From Candidatus Hadarchaeales archaeon (GTDB lineage: Archaea; Hadarchaeota; Hadarchaeia; Hadarchaeales; Hadarchaeaceae): DNA of 35,564 nucleotides. Shown here in pieces: positions 1 to 9,177 of this stretch. Both the position numbers and the translations under genes were made by a program. How positions within the stretch are numbered: the first letter of the stretch is position 1; each line of letters opens with the position of its first letter. A model generated the notes under the pieces. The model worked only from the letters and a program-made list of their open reading frames with translations, had not been told where the DNA came from and did no database searches. The stretch is taken from contig JAVZGN010000008.1 in assembly GCA_038872135.1 (NCBI GenBank), positions 3,526 through 39,089 on the forward strand, written 5' to 3'.

Positions 1-354
1 AACAAATTTCCACTTTTTTTCTCTCGAAAGGGCATCCGCGAAGACCCCCCTCGTCACCATATCCCCAACCTTTTCTCTAATGACTGTAAGGGGCCTCTGA
101 ACACCATCGTAAATCGAGCCGATCAACCCCGGCCCGAGTTCCACCGAAAGAGGCTTTCCAGTTCCAACAACCTTTTCCCCAGGCTTTATCCCCGAGGTCT
201 CCTCATAGACCTGGATTGTGGCCTTCTCCCCCTCAAGCCCAATTATCTCTCCAACAAGCCCCTCCTCTCCTACCCTCACCAGCTCATACATCTCTGCTCC
301 CCGCATATCGTCTGCAATCACCACGGGGCCCGAGATTCTCACTATCCTCCCCAA
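1..354 (-). CDS. atpA: A-type ATP synthase catalytic subunit A, N-terminal part (runs off the window)
   Basis: Not in the ORF track. Manual translation from TTG at 354 gives [62 protein letters not shown]...[22 protein letters not shown], the typical subunit A N-terminus. SD GGAGGT at 366-361. Confidence 0.96.
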   Translation of the reverse strand, partial: MGRIVRISGPVVIADDMRGAEMYELVRVGEEGLVGEIIGLEGEKATIQVYEETSGIKPGEKVVGTGKPLSVELGPGLIGSIYDGVQRPLTVIREKVGDMVTRGVFADALSREKKWKFV

Positions 355-383
355 GCCAAAACCTCCACCAATATTTGGAGACG

Positions 384-394
384 TTATTTAATAA
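384..394. promoter_or_regulatory. Palindromic AT box TTATT-T-AATAA, candidate bidirectional TATA for atpA and atpH
   Basis: Centred at 389, midway between the divergent starts at 354 and 425; reads TTTAATAA on + and TTAAATAA on -. Confidence 0.6.
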
Positions 395-424
395 GTTGCC
401 AGGAATAATTTTGCAGGGGACAAC

Positions 425-736
425 TTGGCTGAAGACCTGAAAGAAATCTTTGAAGCCGAAAAGAAGGCGAAAGAAATCGTTGCCTCCGCAGAGAAAGAAG
501 CCGCCACCATTCTAGAAGAGGCGAGAAAAGAAGGGGAGAGAATAAAAGAGGAGACCATCAGGAAAACCAGAGAAAAAATTCAGAAGATGCTTGAGGAAAA
601 GTCCCTGAAGGCCAAGGAAGCCGTGGAGGAGCTTCAACGGGAGGCCCAGAAGGAGATGAAGAGGATGGGGGAGAGGGCTGAAAAGAGGATGCCCGAGGCC
701 GTGGAGCTGATAGTAAAAACAGTCCTCGGTGATTGA
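425..736 (+). CDS. atpH: A-type ATP synthase peripheral stalk subunit H
   Basis: 103 aa E/K/A-rich coiled coil (LKEIFEAEKKAKEIV..AEKEA) directly before subunit I; TTG start. Confidence 0.88.
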   Translation: MAEDLKEIFEAEKKAKEIVASAEKEAATILEEARKEGERIKEETIRKTREKIQKMLEEKSLKAKEAVEELQREAQKEMKRMGERAEKRMPEAVELIVKTVLGD

Positions 737-2761
737 TTGCTCAAACCCGCCAAAATCGTGAAATTCAGGGCCATCTATCACCGCCGTTTCCACGAGGGAA
801 TCATGGGGGAACTCCATGAAGCGGGAGTCATTCAGCTGAAAGAAGTGAAAGACCCCGAGATCCAGCGGAAAACCGTGCGGGAGGAAATCTCGGAGATTTC
901 AGAGCTGCTGGCAAAATTTGAAGAAATCACTGAAATTCTAAAGATCAGAGTTAAAGAGCCGGTGGTGGTCAGAGAAAAGCCTGCCGAGAGCATCATCTCC
1001 CAGGCAAAAAAGCTCCTGGAGAAAATTGGGCCCAGGGTAGCCCAGTTGAGGGAGAAAAGAGATGCCCTCCAGAAGGAAAGGGAGGAGATAGAGTCTCAGC
1101 TTGCGCTCGTCCAAAAAATCATGGATTTGAACATTCCCCTCAAGTATCTGCGTTCGACTGAAGGAATCAAAATTTTTGTGGGGGAAATCCCTGAAGAAAA
1201 CCTCCCACCTTTTACCGCCGAAGCAAGAGCTGCCCTCCAGGAAAAAATTTTCATCAACGCCGCTCCCGCCGGGAAGAAGAGGATGGTGGTGATCGCATGC
1301 CGCTCGAAGGACGCCCAAGCCCTCCTTCCGGCAATCTACAGGTTTGGAGTGGAGTTAATCGATGTTCCTCCCATGGAAGAATCGCCAGCTGAAGCCATCG
1401 CGAGGTTAAAGAAAAGGCTTTCATCTGTGCTTGAAAGTGAGAACAAGCTGGCGAGGGAGATGGGAAAATTCAAGAGGGAAGCGAGAGATGCCAGGATTTT
1501 CCAGGAGCTCCTAGAGATTCACAAGGAGAGGCTTGAGGCCGAAGCTCTGATGGGGTGCACAGAGGCAACGATGATCCTGGAAGGGTGGGTGAAGGAAAAA
1601 TCTGTGCCGGCTCTCGAGAAGCTTGTAAGAAAAGCCTCTCAGGGGCGGTGTCTCGTCAGAACTCTTGAGCCGGAAGCCGGTGAAGTCGAGGCTGTCCCAG
1701 TGGAGCTTGAGAATCCCAAGGTTGTGAGGGATTTTGAGTATATCACCAAGATGTATGGACTACCGAGATATGATGAAGTTGATCCAACCCCATTCCTCTC
1801 CATAACTTTCCCCCTTTTCTTCGGGATCGCCCTTGGAGATACAGGCTACGGGCTCGCTCTGGCCATCTTCATGGGCTCCGGCGCCTGGCTCGCAAAGATT
1901 TTCCCAAAGAGTGTGAGAAATCTCATGGTTGTCAGCGGGATTTTCGCCATCGCCGCCGGGATTTTAATGGGAGGATGGTTTGGGCTTGGCCGCGGGCTCT
2001 GGATAAATCCCATCCAGCAGCCGGTGCCCCTCCTGAAGCTGGTCGTCTTCATAGGAATTTTCCACTTGATTCTCGGCTATGGGATTGTTGGAACGATAAA
2101 AGATGCCCTCAGGAGAGATTGGAAAAACATCGCCTTCGGCAGGATCTCCCCGGTGATGATCCTCCTGGGTTTCTTCGGCCTGAGCTTCTCAATCTTGGGG
2201 ATAGGCCTCTATGAGTTTGGGATAAACTATTCCTTCCCGAAAACCGAGCTCTTCTCCGCCTTCTCTCCAGCCCTCACCCCCTACCTCAGCCTCAACCTCT
2301 TCAAAATCCTTTTCTATGGGGGGCTGGCCCTGGGAGTCGTTGGAGCAATCCTCACCTCTAAGGGAGTGGGGGGAAAAGCCGGTGGAGCTTTGAATGTGAT
2401 TTATGGGATAACCTCCCACATCTCAGATGTCGCCTCCTACACCAGACTTCTCGCCCTCGGGATCGCCAGCGGCGTCATCGCATTTTCAATCAACCTCATC
2501 CTGGGGATAATGTACGGGGGGATAAAACCGCTGCCGGCGCCGGTTGCCATTGCTCTGACGGCCGGCCTTGTCTTCATCTTCATCGCCGCCCACTCCTTCA
2601 ACATCTTCCTCAGCTCCCTCGGAGGTTTCATCCACACCATGCGTCTCCACTTCGCCGAGTTCTTCGGGAAATTCTATGAATCTGGGGGAGAGGGGTTCTC
2701 GCCCTTTAAGGCTAAAAGGAGGTTCACAAAAGTAAAAGGGGGTGAAGTGATTGGCAGGTGA
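737..2761 (+). CDS. atpI: A-type ATP synthase subunit I (a)
   Basis: YGLPRYDEVDPT, GDTGYG, essential Arg in SDVASYTRLLALG, IHTMRLHFAEFFGKFY; hydrophilic N-terminal half and TM C-terminal half. Confidence 0.97.
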   Translation: MLKPAKIVKFRAIYHRRFHEGIMGELHEAGVIQLKEVKDPEIQRKTVREEISEISELLAKFEEITEILKIRVKEPVVVREKPAESIISQAKKLLEKIGPRVAQLREKRDALQKEREEIESQLALVQKIMDLNIPLKYLRSTEGIKIFVGEIPEENLPPFTAEARAALQEKIFINAAPAGKKRMVVIACRSKDAQALLPAIYRFGVELIDVPPMEESPAEAIARLKKRLSSVLESENKLAREMGKFKREARDARIFQELLEIHKERLEAEALMGCTEATMILEGWVKEKSVPALEKLVRKASQGRCLVRTLEPEAGEVEAVPVELENPKVVRDFEYITKMYGLPRYDEVDPTPFLSITFPLFFGIALGDTGYGLALAIFMGSGAWLAKIFPKSVRNLMVVSGIFAIAAGILMGGWFGLGRGLWINPIQQPVPLLKLVVFIGIFHLILGYGIVGTIKDALRRDWKNIAFGRISPVMILLGFFGLSFSILGIGLYEFGINYSFPKTELFSAFSPALTPYLSLNLFKILFYGGLALGVVGAILTSKGVGGKAGGALNVIYGITSHISDVASYTRLLALGIASGVIAFSINLILGIMYGGIKPLPAPVAIALTAGLVFIFIAAHSFNIFLSSLGGFIHTMRLHFAEFFGKFYESGGEGFSPFKAKRRFTKVKGGEVIGR

Positions 2762-3209
2762 AGAACTGATGGTGCTGGCAGCGGGGCTGGCAGTTGGAAT
2801 TCCAGGGATAATGGCTGCGCTTGGAGTAGGGATGACGGGAGTTGCAGCGGCTGCCGTGACTGCCGAGGACCCAAAGAAATTCTCCAAGCTCTTCGTCCTC
2901 CAGGTGATGCCGGGGACCCAGGGAATCTATGGACTCGTCGCAGGCTTTCTGATAATCTTCGTGGCCTACCAGAAGGCGATATCCGCAGGAATTGCCGGAG
3001 TGCTGGTGCTGATGGCAGCTCTCCCAGCCATTCTCCAGGGTTTCACTTCCTACGCCCAAGGGAAAGTTGCAACAGCAAGTGTCGGTGCTGTCGCCAAGAG
3101 ACCCGAGATCTTTGGAAAAGCCATGATGTATATAGTCACCGTGGAGCTTTATGCCATCCTCGGGCTTCTGGCCACCATCCTCTTCCTCGTAAATCTTGGA
3201 GCATTCTGA
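2751..3209 (+). CDS. atpK: A-type ATP synthase subunit K (c), 4-TM duplicated proteolipid
   Basis: Two hairpins; PGTQGIYG, AQG and VELYAI motifs; SD GGTGA before a TTG start. Confidence 0.95.
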   Translation: MAGEELMVLAAGLAVGIPGIMAALGVGMTGVAAAAVTAEDPKKFSKLFVLQVMPGTQGIYGLVAGFLIIFVAYQKAISAGIAGVLVLMAALPAILQGFTSYAQGKVATASVGAVAKRPEIFGKAMMYIVTVELYAILGLLATILFLVNLGAF

Positions 3210-3221
3210 GGGGGTGGACGT

Positions 3222-3833
3222 CTGCCCGGAGACCGAGGCGCAAAGCTGATAGTCGAGGATATCCTGAGGGAGGCGCAGGAGAAGGCAGAAAAAATTCTCT
3301 CGGATGCCAAGAAGCAGAGGACAACTATTCTCGATGCCGCAAAACTTGGGGCTGAAGAGATCTCTGACGTTGAACTGAAAAAGGCGAAAGAGGTGGCAAG
3401 GGAGAAATTTGAGCGGGAGATTGTCGAGGGAAAGATGAAAATCAAGAGAGAGATTCTGAAGAAAAGGGAGGAGCTGATAAACGAAGCTTTCAAAAGAGCC
3501 GAAACCAGCCTGAAAAGGGCCGCCAGCGGAAAGGAATATGAGAAAAAGCTTGTGAAGTTGGCTACCGAGGCCTGCAGGAGAACTGGACACAAAGATGTGA
3601 TTCTGAAGGCCAACGCCAAAGACCTAAAAATATTGGAAAGGGAAAAGTCAAAAATTGCTGCTGAGATAGGAGGAAAAGTTTCGATTGGAGAAGCCATCCA
3701 GACAATCGGTGGCGTTGTCGCTGTGAGCGCTGACGGGAAGGTTGTAGTTGACGAAACTTTCGAAGCGAGATTGAAAAGGGAAGCCGAAGCGCTCAGAATA
3801 AAAGTCGCCAAGCTTTTCGAAGGATCCAAATGA
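3222..3833 (+). CDS. atpE: A-type ATP synthase subunit E (probable CTG start; ORF track starts at 3393)
   Basis: Frame is open back to the atpK stop and reads (M)PGDRGAKLIVEDILREAQEKAEKIL, a typical subunit E N-terminus; C-terminal IGGVVAVSADGKVVVDETFEARL; SD-like GAGGGGGTGG at 3208-3217. Confidence 0.9.
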   Translation: MPGDRGAKLIVEDILREAQEKAEKILSDAKKQRTTILDAAKLGAEEISDVELKKAKEVAREKFEREIVEGKMKIKREILKKREELINEAFKRAETSLKRAASGKEYEKKLVKLATEACRRTGHKDVILKANAKDLKILEREKSKIAAEIGGKVSIGEAIQTIGGVVAVSADGKVVVDETFEARLKREAEALRIKVAKLFEGSK

Positions 3834-4939
3834 TAGAAACTGTGATAATTCTGGTTGCTGCAATTTTTGGACTCCTCGCCATTGTCTTCTATTCCTCAAA
3901 AAAGTCCATGGAATATGTCTTTGTCAACTCCGCCGTAAGCGCCTGGGAGGCCAGACTTCTTCCAGGGACAAAACTGCTGGAGCTTGCTGATGCCCCCGAT
4001 GTAAAAGCTATTCTCTCCACCCTATCTGAAAGCGAGTATGGGGAATTTCTTGGGAAAGAAGAGACAAACATCGAAAGAGTTGAGAGGGGACTGCACCTCC
4101 ATCTGGCCGAGAAGTTCAAGGGGCTTCTGGAGATGGTGCCCAGCGACCGCAGAAGAACTGTAGAGCTGCTCCTCTGGCGAACCGACCTCATAAACATCAA
4201 ATCAATTGTCACGATGATTTCCCTCGGGGTGCCAAAGGAAGAGAGAAAGAAACAATTGCTGCCATCTCTCACCCCTCCTGAAAGACTGGAACTTCTCTCC
4301 TCAGCCACAACCATCGAAGAGCTCATGGAGTTTATGAAGGGCAGTGAACTCTTTGAGGCTTTTTCAGAAGCCGGCAAAACTCCTGAGCCGGGAGCGATTT
4401 TTGCAGCCCTGGATAGAAAATATTACTCAATGCTCTGGAGGGAGGTTGTCTCAAAAAAATCCCAGCGGAAGGTCCTAAGGCGGGCCGTCGGCTATCTAAT
4501 CGACTCCGTCAATTGCACGACCATCTTGAGGTTAAAGAAAGAGGGAATCCAGCCGCAGGAAATCGAAAAATATCTCATAAAACCCTCCTTTGAGCTGACC
4601 GAAGAAATGATAAAAGCAATGCTGGCCGCCGAAACCCTTCAGGATGCCATCCACATGATTCACATAACCTCGGTGGGGAAGGCGCTGAAGGAGGTGGCGG
4701 AAGAAGTCGAGGAAAGGGGGGTTGATGTCGCGGAGATTGCACTGGAAAAAGGATATCTGAAGCTCATCAGAGGGCTTGCGATAGCCGACTTCTTCAGCAT
4801 TGCCCCGGTGCTAGCCTACATTGCTCTAAAAGAGAATGAGGTGAGAAACCTCCGGGCCATCATCAGGATGAAAGCCGATGGTATAAGCCCCGATGAGATA
4901 AAAAGAGAAATTGTGGAGGTGCCAAAGATTGAGCTATGA
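3830..4939 (+). CDS. atpC: A-type ATP synthase subunit C
   Basis: YVFVNSAVSAWEARLL, PVLAYIALKENEVRNLRAIIRMK; N-terminal hydrophobic stretch; operon position. Confidence 0.93.
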   Translation: MIETVIILVAAIFGLLAIVFYSSKKSMEYVFVNSAVSAWEARLLPGTKLLELADAPDVKAILSTLSESEYGEFLGKEETNIERVERGLHLHLAEKFKGLLEMVPSDRRRTVELLLWRTDLINIKSIVTMISLGVPKEERKKQLLPSLTPPERLELLSSATTIEELMEFMKGSELFEAFSEAGKTPEPGAIFAALDRKYYSMLWREVVSKKSQRKVLRRAVGYLIDSVNCTTILRLKKEGIQPQEIEKYLIKPSFELTEEMIKAMLAAETLQDAIHMIHITSVGKALKEVAEEVEERGVDVAEIALEKGYLKLIRGLAIADFFSIAPVLAYIALKENEVRNLRAIIRMKADGISPDEIKREIVEVPKIEL

Positions 4940-5267
4940 AATCGCGGTGATCGGGGAGCTTGAAACGGTGATCGGGATGCAACTGGCTGGGGTGAAGTTT
5001 GCTCACGTCCACTCCAAGAGCGAAGAGACTCTTGAAAAACTGCGGGAGCTCTTTGCCAGGGGAGATGTTGGACTGGTGTTGATCACCCACAGGGTGGCGG
5101 AAGAGCTTGGTCCAGAGCTACGCAGAGTGATGAGAGAGAAGGGATTTCTTCCCATCGTCCTTAGAATCCCGGACAAGAGTGGGTGGGTTCCGAAGTTTGA
5201 TGAGCTGAAGGAGATAATCAGGAGAACTGTTGGTGCTGAGGTGATATTGAAAAAAGGAGGGGGATGA
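4929..5267 (+). CDS. atpF: A-type ATP synthase subunit F
   Basis: EIAVIGELETVIGMQLAGV...IIRRTVG; start moved to TTG 4929 behind SD GGAGGTG at 4915-4921. Confidence 0.93.
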   Translation: MSYEIAVIGELETVIGMQLAGVKFAHVHSKSEETLEKLRELFARGDVGLVLITHRVAEELGPELRRVMREKGFLPIVLRIPDKSGWVPKFDELKEIIRRTVGAEVILKKGGG

Positions 5268-5902
5268 TGGCGCAGGCATTGAGCATTGCCCCAACGAGGA
5301 TGGAGCTCATAAAGCTGAGAAAGAGGGTTGCCCTCGCCCAGAGAGGCCACGACCTTCTGAAGGAAAAGATGGACGCCTTGGTCATGGAATTCTTCAACAT
5401 CCTCAGCAGGATCGAGGAACAGCGGGCAGTGGCGATGGAACTCCTTAGAAAAGCTCACAAGGCCCTGACCATCTGCCTTGCGAGGATGGGGACTCCAGAA
5501 ACAGTTGAGGCGGCGAGAGAAAGGAGGAGGGATGCAAAGGTCGAAGTTAGCACCAGATTTGTCATGGGGATAAAGGTGCCATCGCTGGAGCCGGCTGTTG
5601 GTAGGAAGGTCACTGAAAGGGGTTACAGCATCCATCTCACCTCTGCAGCTCTGGACAGGACTGCAAGGGGATTTGAGGAAGCTCTGGCGTCCCTCACAAA
5701 GCTTGCGGAGCTCGAGGCTGCCGCCTATGCCATTGCTGGAGAACTTGAGAAGACCAAGCGGAGGGTCAACGCTCTAGAGTACATCGTCTTGCCCAGTCTT
5801 AAGCAGATGATGAAGTTCATCATCATGAGGCTGGACGAGATGGAGAGAGAGAACTTCTCCCGCCTCAAAAGGATAAAAGCGATGTTGGAAGAAAGGAAAT
5901 GA
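5264..5902 (+). CDS. atpD: A-type ATP synthase subunit D
   Basis: PTRMELIKLRKRVALAQRGHDLLKEKMDAL; KTKRRVNALE; LDEMERENFSRLKRIK. Confidence 0.97.
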   Translation: MMAQALSIAPTRMELIKLRKRVALAQRGHDLLKEKMDALVMEFFNILSRIEEQRAVAMELLRKAHKALTICLARMGTPETVEAARERRRDAKVEVSTRFVMGIKVPSLEPAVGRKVTERGYSIHLTSAALDRTARGFEEALASLTKLAELEAAAYAIAGELEKTKRRVNALEYIVLPSLKQMMKFIIMRLDEMERENFSRLKRIKAMLEERK

Positions 5903-6291
5903 ACATGGAAAAATTGCTAGAATATGAGATGCGGCAGTTGAATGCCCATCTCCCAGCCAAGAAGCTCTCGCTGGAAGATGCCCTATCGATGAAGAAGCCG
6001 GGGGTTCCGACAAAGGATGGGGGCTTCCATTCATTTGAAAGGGGAGAGCTGGAGTTTATTGCCGAGCTGCTTTCTGAGGAGGAGAGGAAAATTCTCCAGC
6101 TGCCTATCCTCCTCATGATCGATCCAAAGCTTGGGCGGGGGGCTACAAAAGTTTCCGGTGCCTGTGAAAGAAAAATCATTGAAAAAATTCTTGGGAGGAA
6201 AATCGATGAAAAAACTGTGTTATATCGCCCGGAAGTCGCCGCCATCAGGAGAAAACTCCCCACCACCACCCAGTATTTCTTCATGCCGTGA
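5899..6291 (+). CDS. DUF61/UPF0216-like protein
   Basis: LNAHLPAKKLSL...KDGGFHSFERGEL...LQLPILL...IRRKLPTTTQYFF resembles the archaeal DUF61 family; ATGA overlap with atpD. Confidence 0.75.
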   Translation: MNMEKLLEYEMRQLNAHLPAKKLSLEDALSMKKPGVPTKDGGFHSFERGELEFIAELLSEEERKILQLPILLMIDPKLGRGATKVSGACERKIIEKILGRKIDEKTVLYRPEVAAIRRKLPTTTQYFFMP

Positions 6292-6578
6292 GGCCCATGG
6301 AGAAGAGAAAAGCTGTTCTCCTGACAGCGGTGGCTCTTCCGATGAGCTTTGTGATGATCGCCACAGGATTTCTCGCCTTTCTGATGATTCTGCTGAAAAT
6401 CGACCAAAAGCTGATGGCCTCTGTGGTTCTCTGGTTCTATTTCATTGGAACCGCGATGGTCTTCGCCATTTCTAAACCAGCGCTGAAAATCTTCGGCTTT
6501 TGGAAACCCCTTATTCTTTTCCTTGGAGTGCTGGGGGGCCTCGCTGCTGCTTCAACCATCGCTCTCCTCAGCTTTTGA
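6288..6578 (+). CDS. Small membrane protein, about 3 TM, function unknown
   Basis: Hydrophobic 96 aa ORF overlapping the upstream stop; the start could be ATG 6297. Confidence 0.7.
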   Translation: MRPMEKRKAVLLTAVALPMSFVMIATGFLAFLMILLKIDQKLMASVVLWFYFIGTAMVFAISKPALKIFGFWKPLILFLGVLGGLAAASTIALLSF

Positions 6579-8286
6579 TCCCACCACTGTAGACCCTAGC
6601 GAGAAGGGAACAGTAGCTTGGCTTTACCAGCAGCACAGAGATGATGATGCCAACGCCGAGGATGAAGGCTACTGGCCAAATGGCTGGCGGGCCGAGCCAC
6701 CCTATGAGGAGGAGGGAGATAACAGCCAAGAACGAAGAGTAGCTGGCGCTCCCCATCGCCTTTTCAATTCTCCATCCTATATTTGCCTCCTTCTCCACCG
6801 GTGCCTCTCCAACCATTTCGCTCGTCAGAGAAAGGAGATATCCGGCCTCAACCCCAGTGAAGAGGAGGATTGAGAGCACCTCAACCTCCCCCACCACTAT
6901 CCCGGCCAGAGAGATTGCCCCGAGGAGCAGAAGAAGTTCTGAACCCATGATAAAGAAGAAAACCTGTGCAACCCTTGGCCTTCTATAAAGGCGGCCAAAG
7001 AGAAGGGAAATCGCAAAAATTCCGGCAACTCCCGAGAGAAATGCTTTTGAAAGAAAGCCCCTTTCAAGACTTGGATCTGCTAGGGCTGTTTCAATAATTT
7101 TGGCCCTAGCGGGAAGTCGGTTGATAACGACGCTTTTGAAATCTCTCGCAACCTGAATGCCCCTTCCCACAGGGATGTAGAGGCCACCCCCACGCAACCC
7201 ATTCTCCGCTATATCTGCACTTATCATTATCGCGGAGACGAGACCGGTCGCCCTCCTCACGACATTGTCTGCTTCCTCCCCTTCCTTTGGCTCAAGAAAT
7301 TCTATCGTGTAGGAGGGGAGATCTTCAAAAGATGGCCAGTTGTCCCGCGGGGAGCCGAGGAGAATGAGTCTGCGCTTCTCACTTCTGCTGTTCACCAGGA
7401 AGTCCATTGCCCCGGCTGGAAGTCCTCCCTCTTCAGTATATCTCAGGACAGGGGGGGCAACAGGATAGTTTCTGTCATTGTCGTAAAGCCTGAAGGAGTT
7501 TTCATCGTAGGAAAATCCATTGAAGCTCATTTTATTCCCATTGTAGACGAAAATAGCATCAAATGGCATGTCCAGATAGAAGACGAGCATATCTCCTTCT
7601 CTTCCAGAAACGTGGGAATTAAACTTCGAGAGCCCTTCCTCTGTGAACGCCACTGCCACCCTCCCCAACGAATCAACTGCCGAGGCTCTCCCCACGCTCG
7701 AGATGTCTTTCATCGACAGCGTTGGGAGATCTTCGACGTAGATATCCAGCCTTCCTTCCCTGATTATCCTCGTCTCATGTTTAACCCCATCAACTCCGTA
7801 TATAAGGAGGACATTATCACCCACCCACCTCATGGAAACTCCTCCCATCCTGTATGGATCCAGCCTTTGGAAGAGGACTGCAGAGATTTTCTCTCTCATC
7901 GGTGATGCTAGCCCCTGCCTCACCTCCAAGACCTCTCCCGCCCCGCCGAGAATCCGTGTGAGATATTCCTGAGAAAGATTCCCCCCGACGTCTACCGTTA
8001 TTGTGAAATTCTCAGGGTTGATCTCCACCAGCTCCACTCCCCAGTAGCCTTCGAGAGCATTCTTCACGGCCTTCCATCCCTTTTCCAGATCATTGTCTGC
8101 GGACCGGATGACGGCAACTGTCGATTCAAACTCCACGAGAGTTGCAAAGGAGTTCTCCACATCCCCCCCGAACCTCAGGGCTTTTGCCTGGAGAGAAAGT
8201 CCAGCCCACGGAGCCCAGAGACAAAGGCCTGAGATCACGACGAGGATAATTAAGAGCTTGAGCCTTCTCATCTTAAATGCTGACAT
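6568..8286 (-). CDS. secD: Divergent SecD-like translocase accessory subunit
   Basis: N-terminal TM followed by LRFGGDVE (cf. LxxGLDLxGG), QRLDPY motif, large extracytoplasmic domain, five C-terminal TMs; downstream of a secF-like gene. Confidence 0.7.
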   Translation of the reverse strand: MSAFKMRRLKLLIILVVISGLCLWAPWAGLSLQAKALRFGGDVENSFATLVEFESTVAVIRSADNDLEKGWKAVKNALEGYWGVELVEINPENFTITVDVGGNLSQEYLTRILGGAGEVLEVRQGLASPMREKISAVLFQRLDPYRMGGVSMRWVGDNVLLIYGVDGVKHETRIIREGRLDIYVEDLPTLSMKDISSVGRASAVDSLGRVAVAFTEEGLSKFNSHVSGREGDMLVFYLDMPFDAIFVYNGNKMSFNGFSYDENSFRLYDNDRNYPVAPPVLRYTEEGGLPAGAMDFLVNSRSEKRRLILLGSPRDNWPSFEDLPSYTIEFLEPKEGEEADNVVRRATGLVSAIMISADIAENGLRGGGLYIPVGRGIQVARDFKSVVINRLPARAKIIETALADPSLERGFLSKAFLSGVAGIFAISLLFGRLYRRPRVAQVFFFIMGSELLLLLGAISLAGIVVGEVEVLSILLFTGVEAGYLLSLTSEMVGEAPVEKEANIGWRIEKAMGSASYSSFLAVISLLLIGWLGPPAIWPVAFILGVGIIISVLLVKPSYCSLLARVYSGGIKS

Positions 8287-9079
8287 GATACTTCACCTCC
8301 GTCACCTTCTTTCTCTCCTTCAGCCATGAAGAGGCCCAGAGGGTGTTGAGATAGTTGAGCGCTGCAATGAACAAAAGCATTAGGGTCAGATAAATGACCT
8401 TCTCTGAGAAAAGGAGGGCTCCGAAGATACCGAAAGGTAGGGCGACTAGAAGGATGATGATGCCTGCCTCCTTTGCTTTTTTCTTCACTTCTCCCCTATC
8501 TAGGAAAAGGGCTGTGTGGAGGGAGAGGAGAAACCCAGCGAAAAGTGGAAAGATAGTGAAACCATCGAAGGGGATTCTGAGAAGGGCTGCCACCCCACAG
8601 GCCCCGAGGAGGTTTGCCCAGATGAAAAGGGGGACGGCAACCGCATGGGATTTCCTTCTGGTGGAGATGAGGGTGATGAAAGCTGTGGCGATGGTGGCTG
8701 CGAGCAGGCCGGTCCCAAACTGAAGCAGCTCCCTCCAAGAAGAAGCGGGCCTAACCTCTAGGACTTTAACCTCGCCGCCCACCTCCGCTTCTGCCGCCCT
8801 ATCCTTCACCTCTCTCGCAAAACCCTCGGAGAATTCCATCGGGATTTCAAAATATGCAACTTCTGAGCCGAGAATTTTTCTCCCGCCAAGCTGCTCGAGA
8901 TAACCCTCAAGCTTTTCAACCTCTGAAGCTGGGAGCATCACCAGGGTGGTTGATTTCATCGCGGCACCAACGGGTAACAGACCAGCGAATAACCCGGCCA
9001 GAAAGATGACCGTCAGTGAAAGGGCCGGAAGTGCTTGGGCCAAGGTTTTCCTTTTTTCCAGTTGCTCGGCTGGCTTCAT
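8273..9079 (-). CDS. secF: Divergent SecF-like subunit
   Basis: TM, small soluble domain (EVRPASS), five TMs, LNYLNTLW near the C-terminus; archaeal secF-secD order. Confidence 0.6.
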   Translation of the reverse strand: MKPAEQLEKRKTLAQALPALSLTVIFLAGLFAGLLPVGAAMKSTTLVMLPASEVEKLEGYLEQLGGRKILGSEVAYFEIPMEFSEGFAREVKDRAAEAEVGGEVKVLEVRPASSWRELLQFGTGLLAATIATAFITLISTRRKSHAVAVPLFIWANLLGACGVAALLRIPFDGFTIFPLFAGFLLSLHTALFLDRGEVKKKAKEAGIIILLVALPFGIFGALLFSEKVIYLTLMLLFIAALNYLNTLWASSWLKERKKVTEVKYHVSI

Positions 9080-9149
9080 CCCGTTCCCTTTATTTTTTCA
9101 GGGTTGAGTATATAACGACTCTGACGGTGGCCGATGCCTGCTTTCAGTT

Positions 9150-9175
9150 TTTATCTCCAGAAGACTAGAGATAAA
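9150..9175. promoter_or_regulatory. Inverted repeat TTTATCTC-N10-GAGATAAA over a TATA-like box, candidate operator
   Basis: Arms at 9150-9157 and 9168-9175, ending just before GTG 9178. Confidence 0.5.
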
Positions 9176-9177
9176 CG

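Noticed and set aside
2724-3829. Long minus-strand ORFs (288 aa, 226 aa) and similar antisense ORFs elsewhere, e.g. 5003-5635, 24864-25589, 27690-28322
   Set aside because: They shadow well-supported genes, are Ser/Pro/Leu/Phe-rich and carry no motifs.
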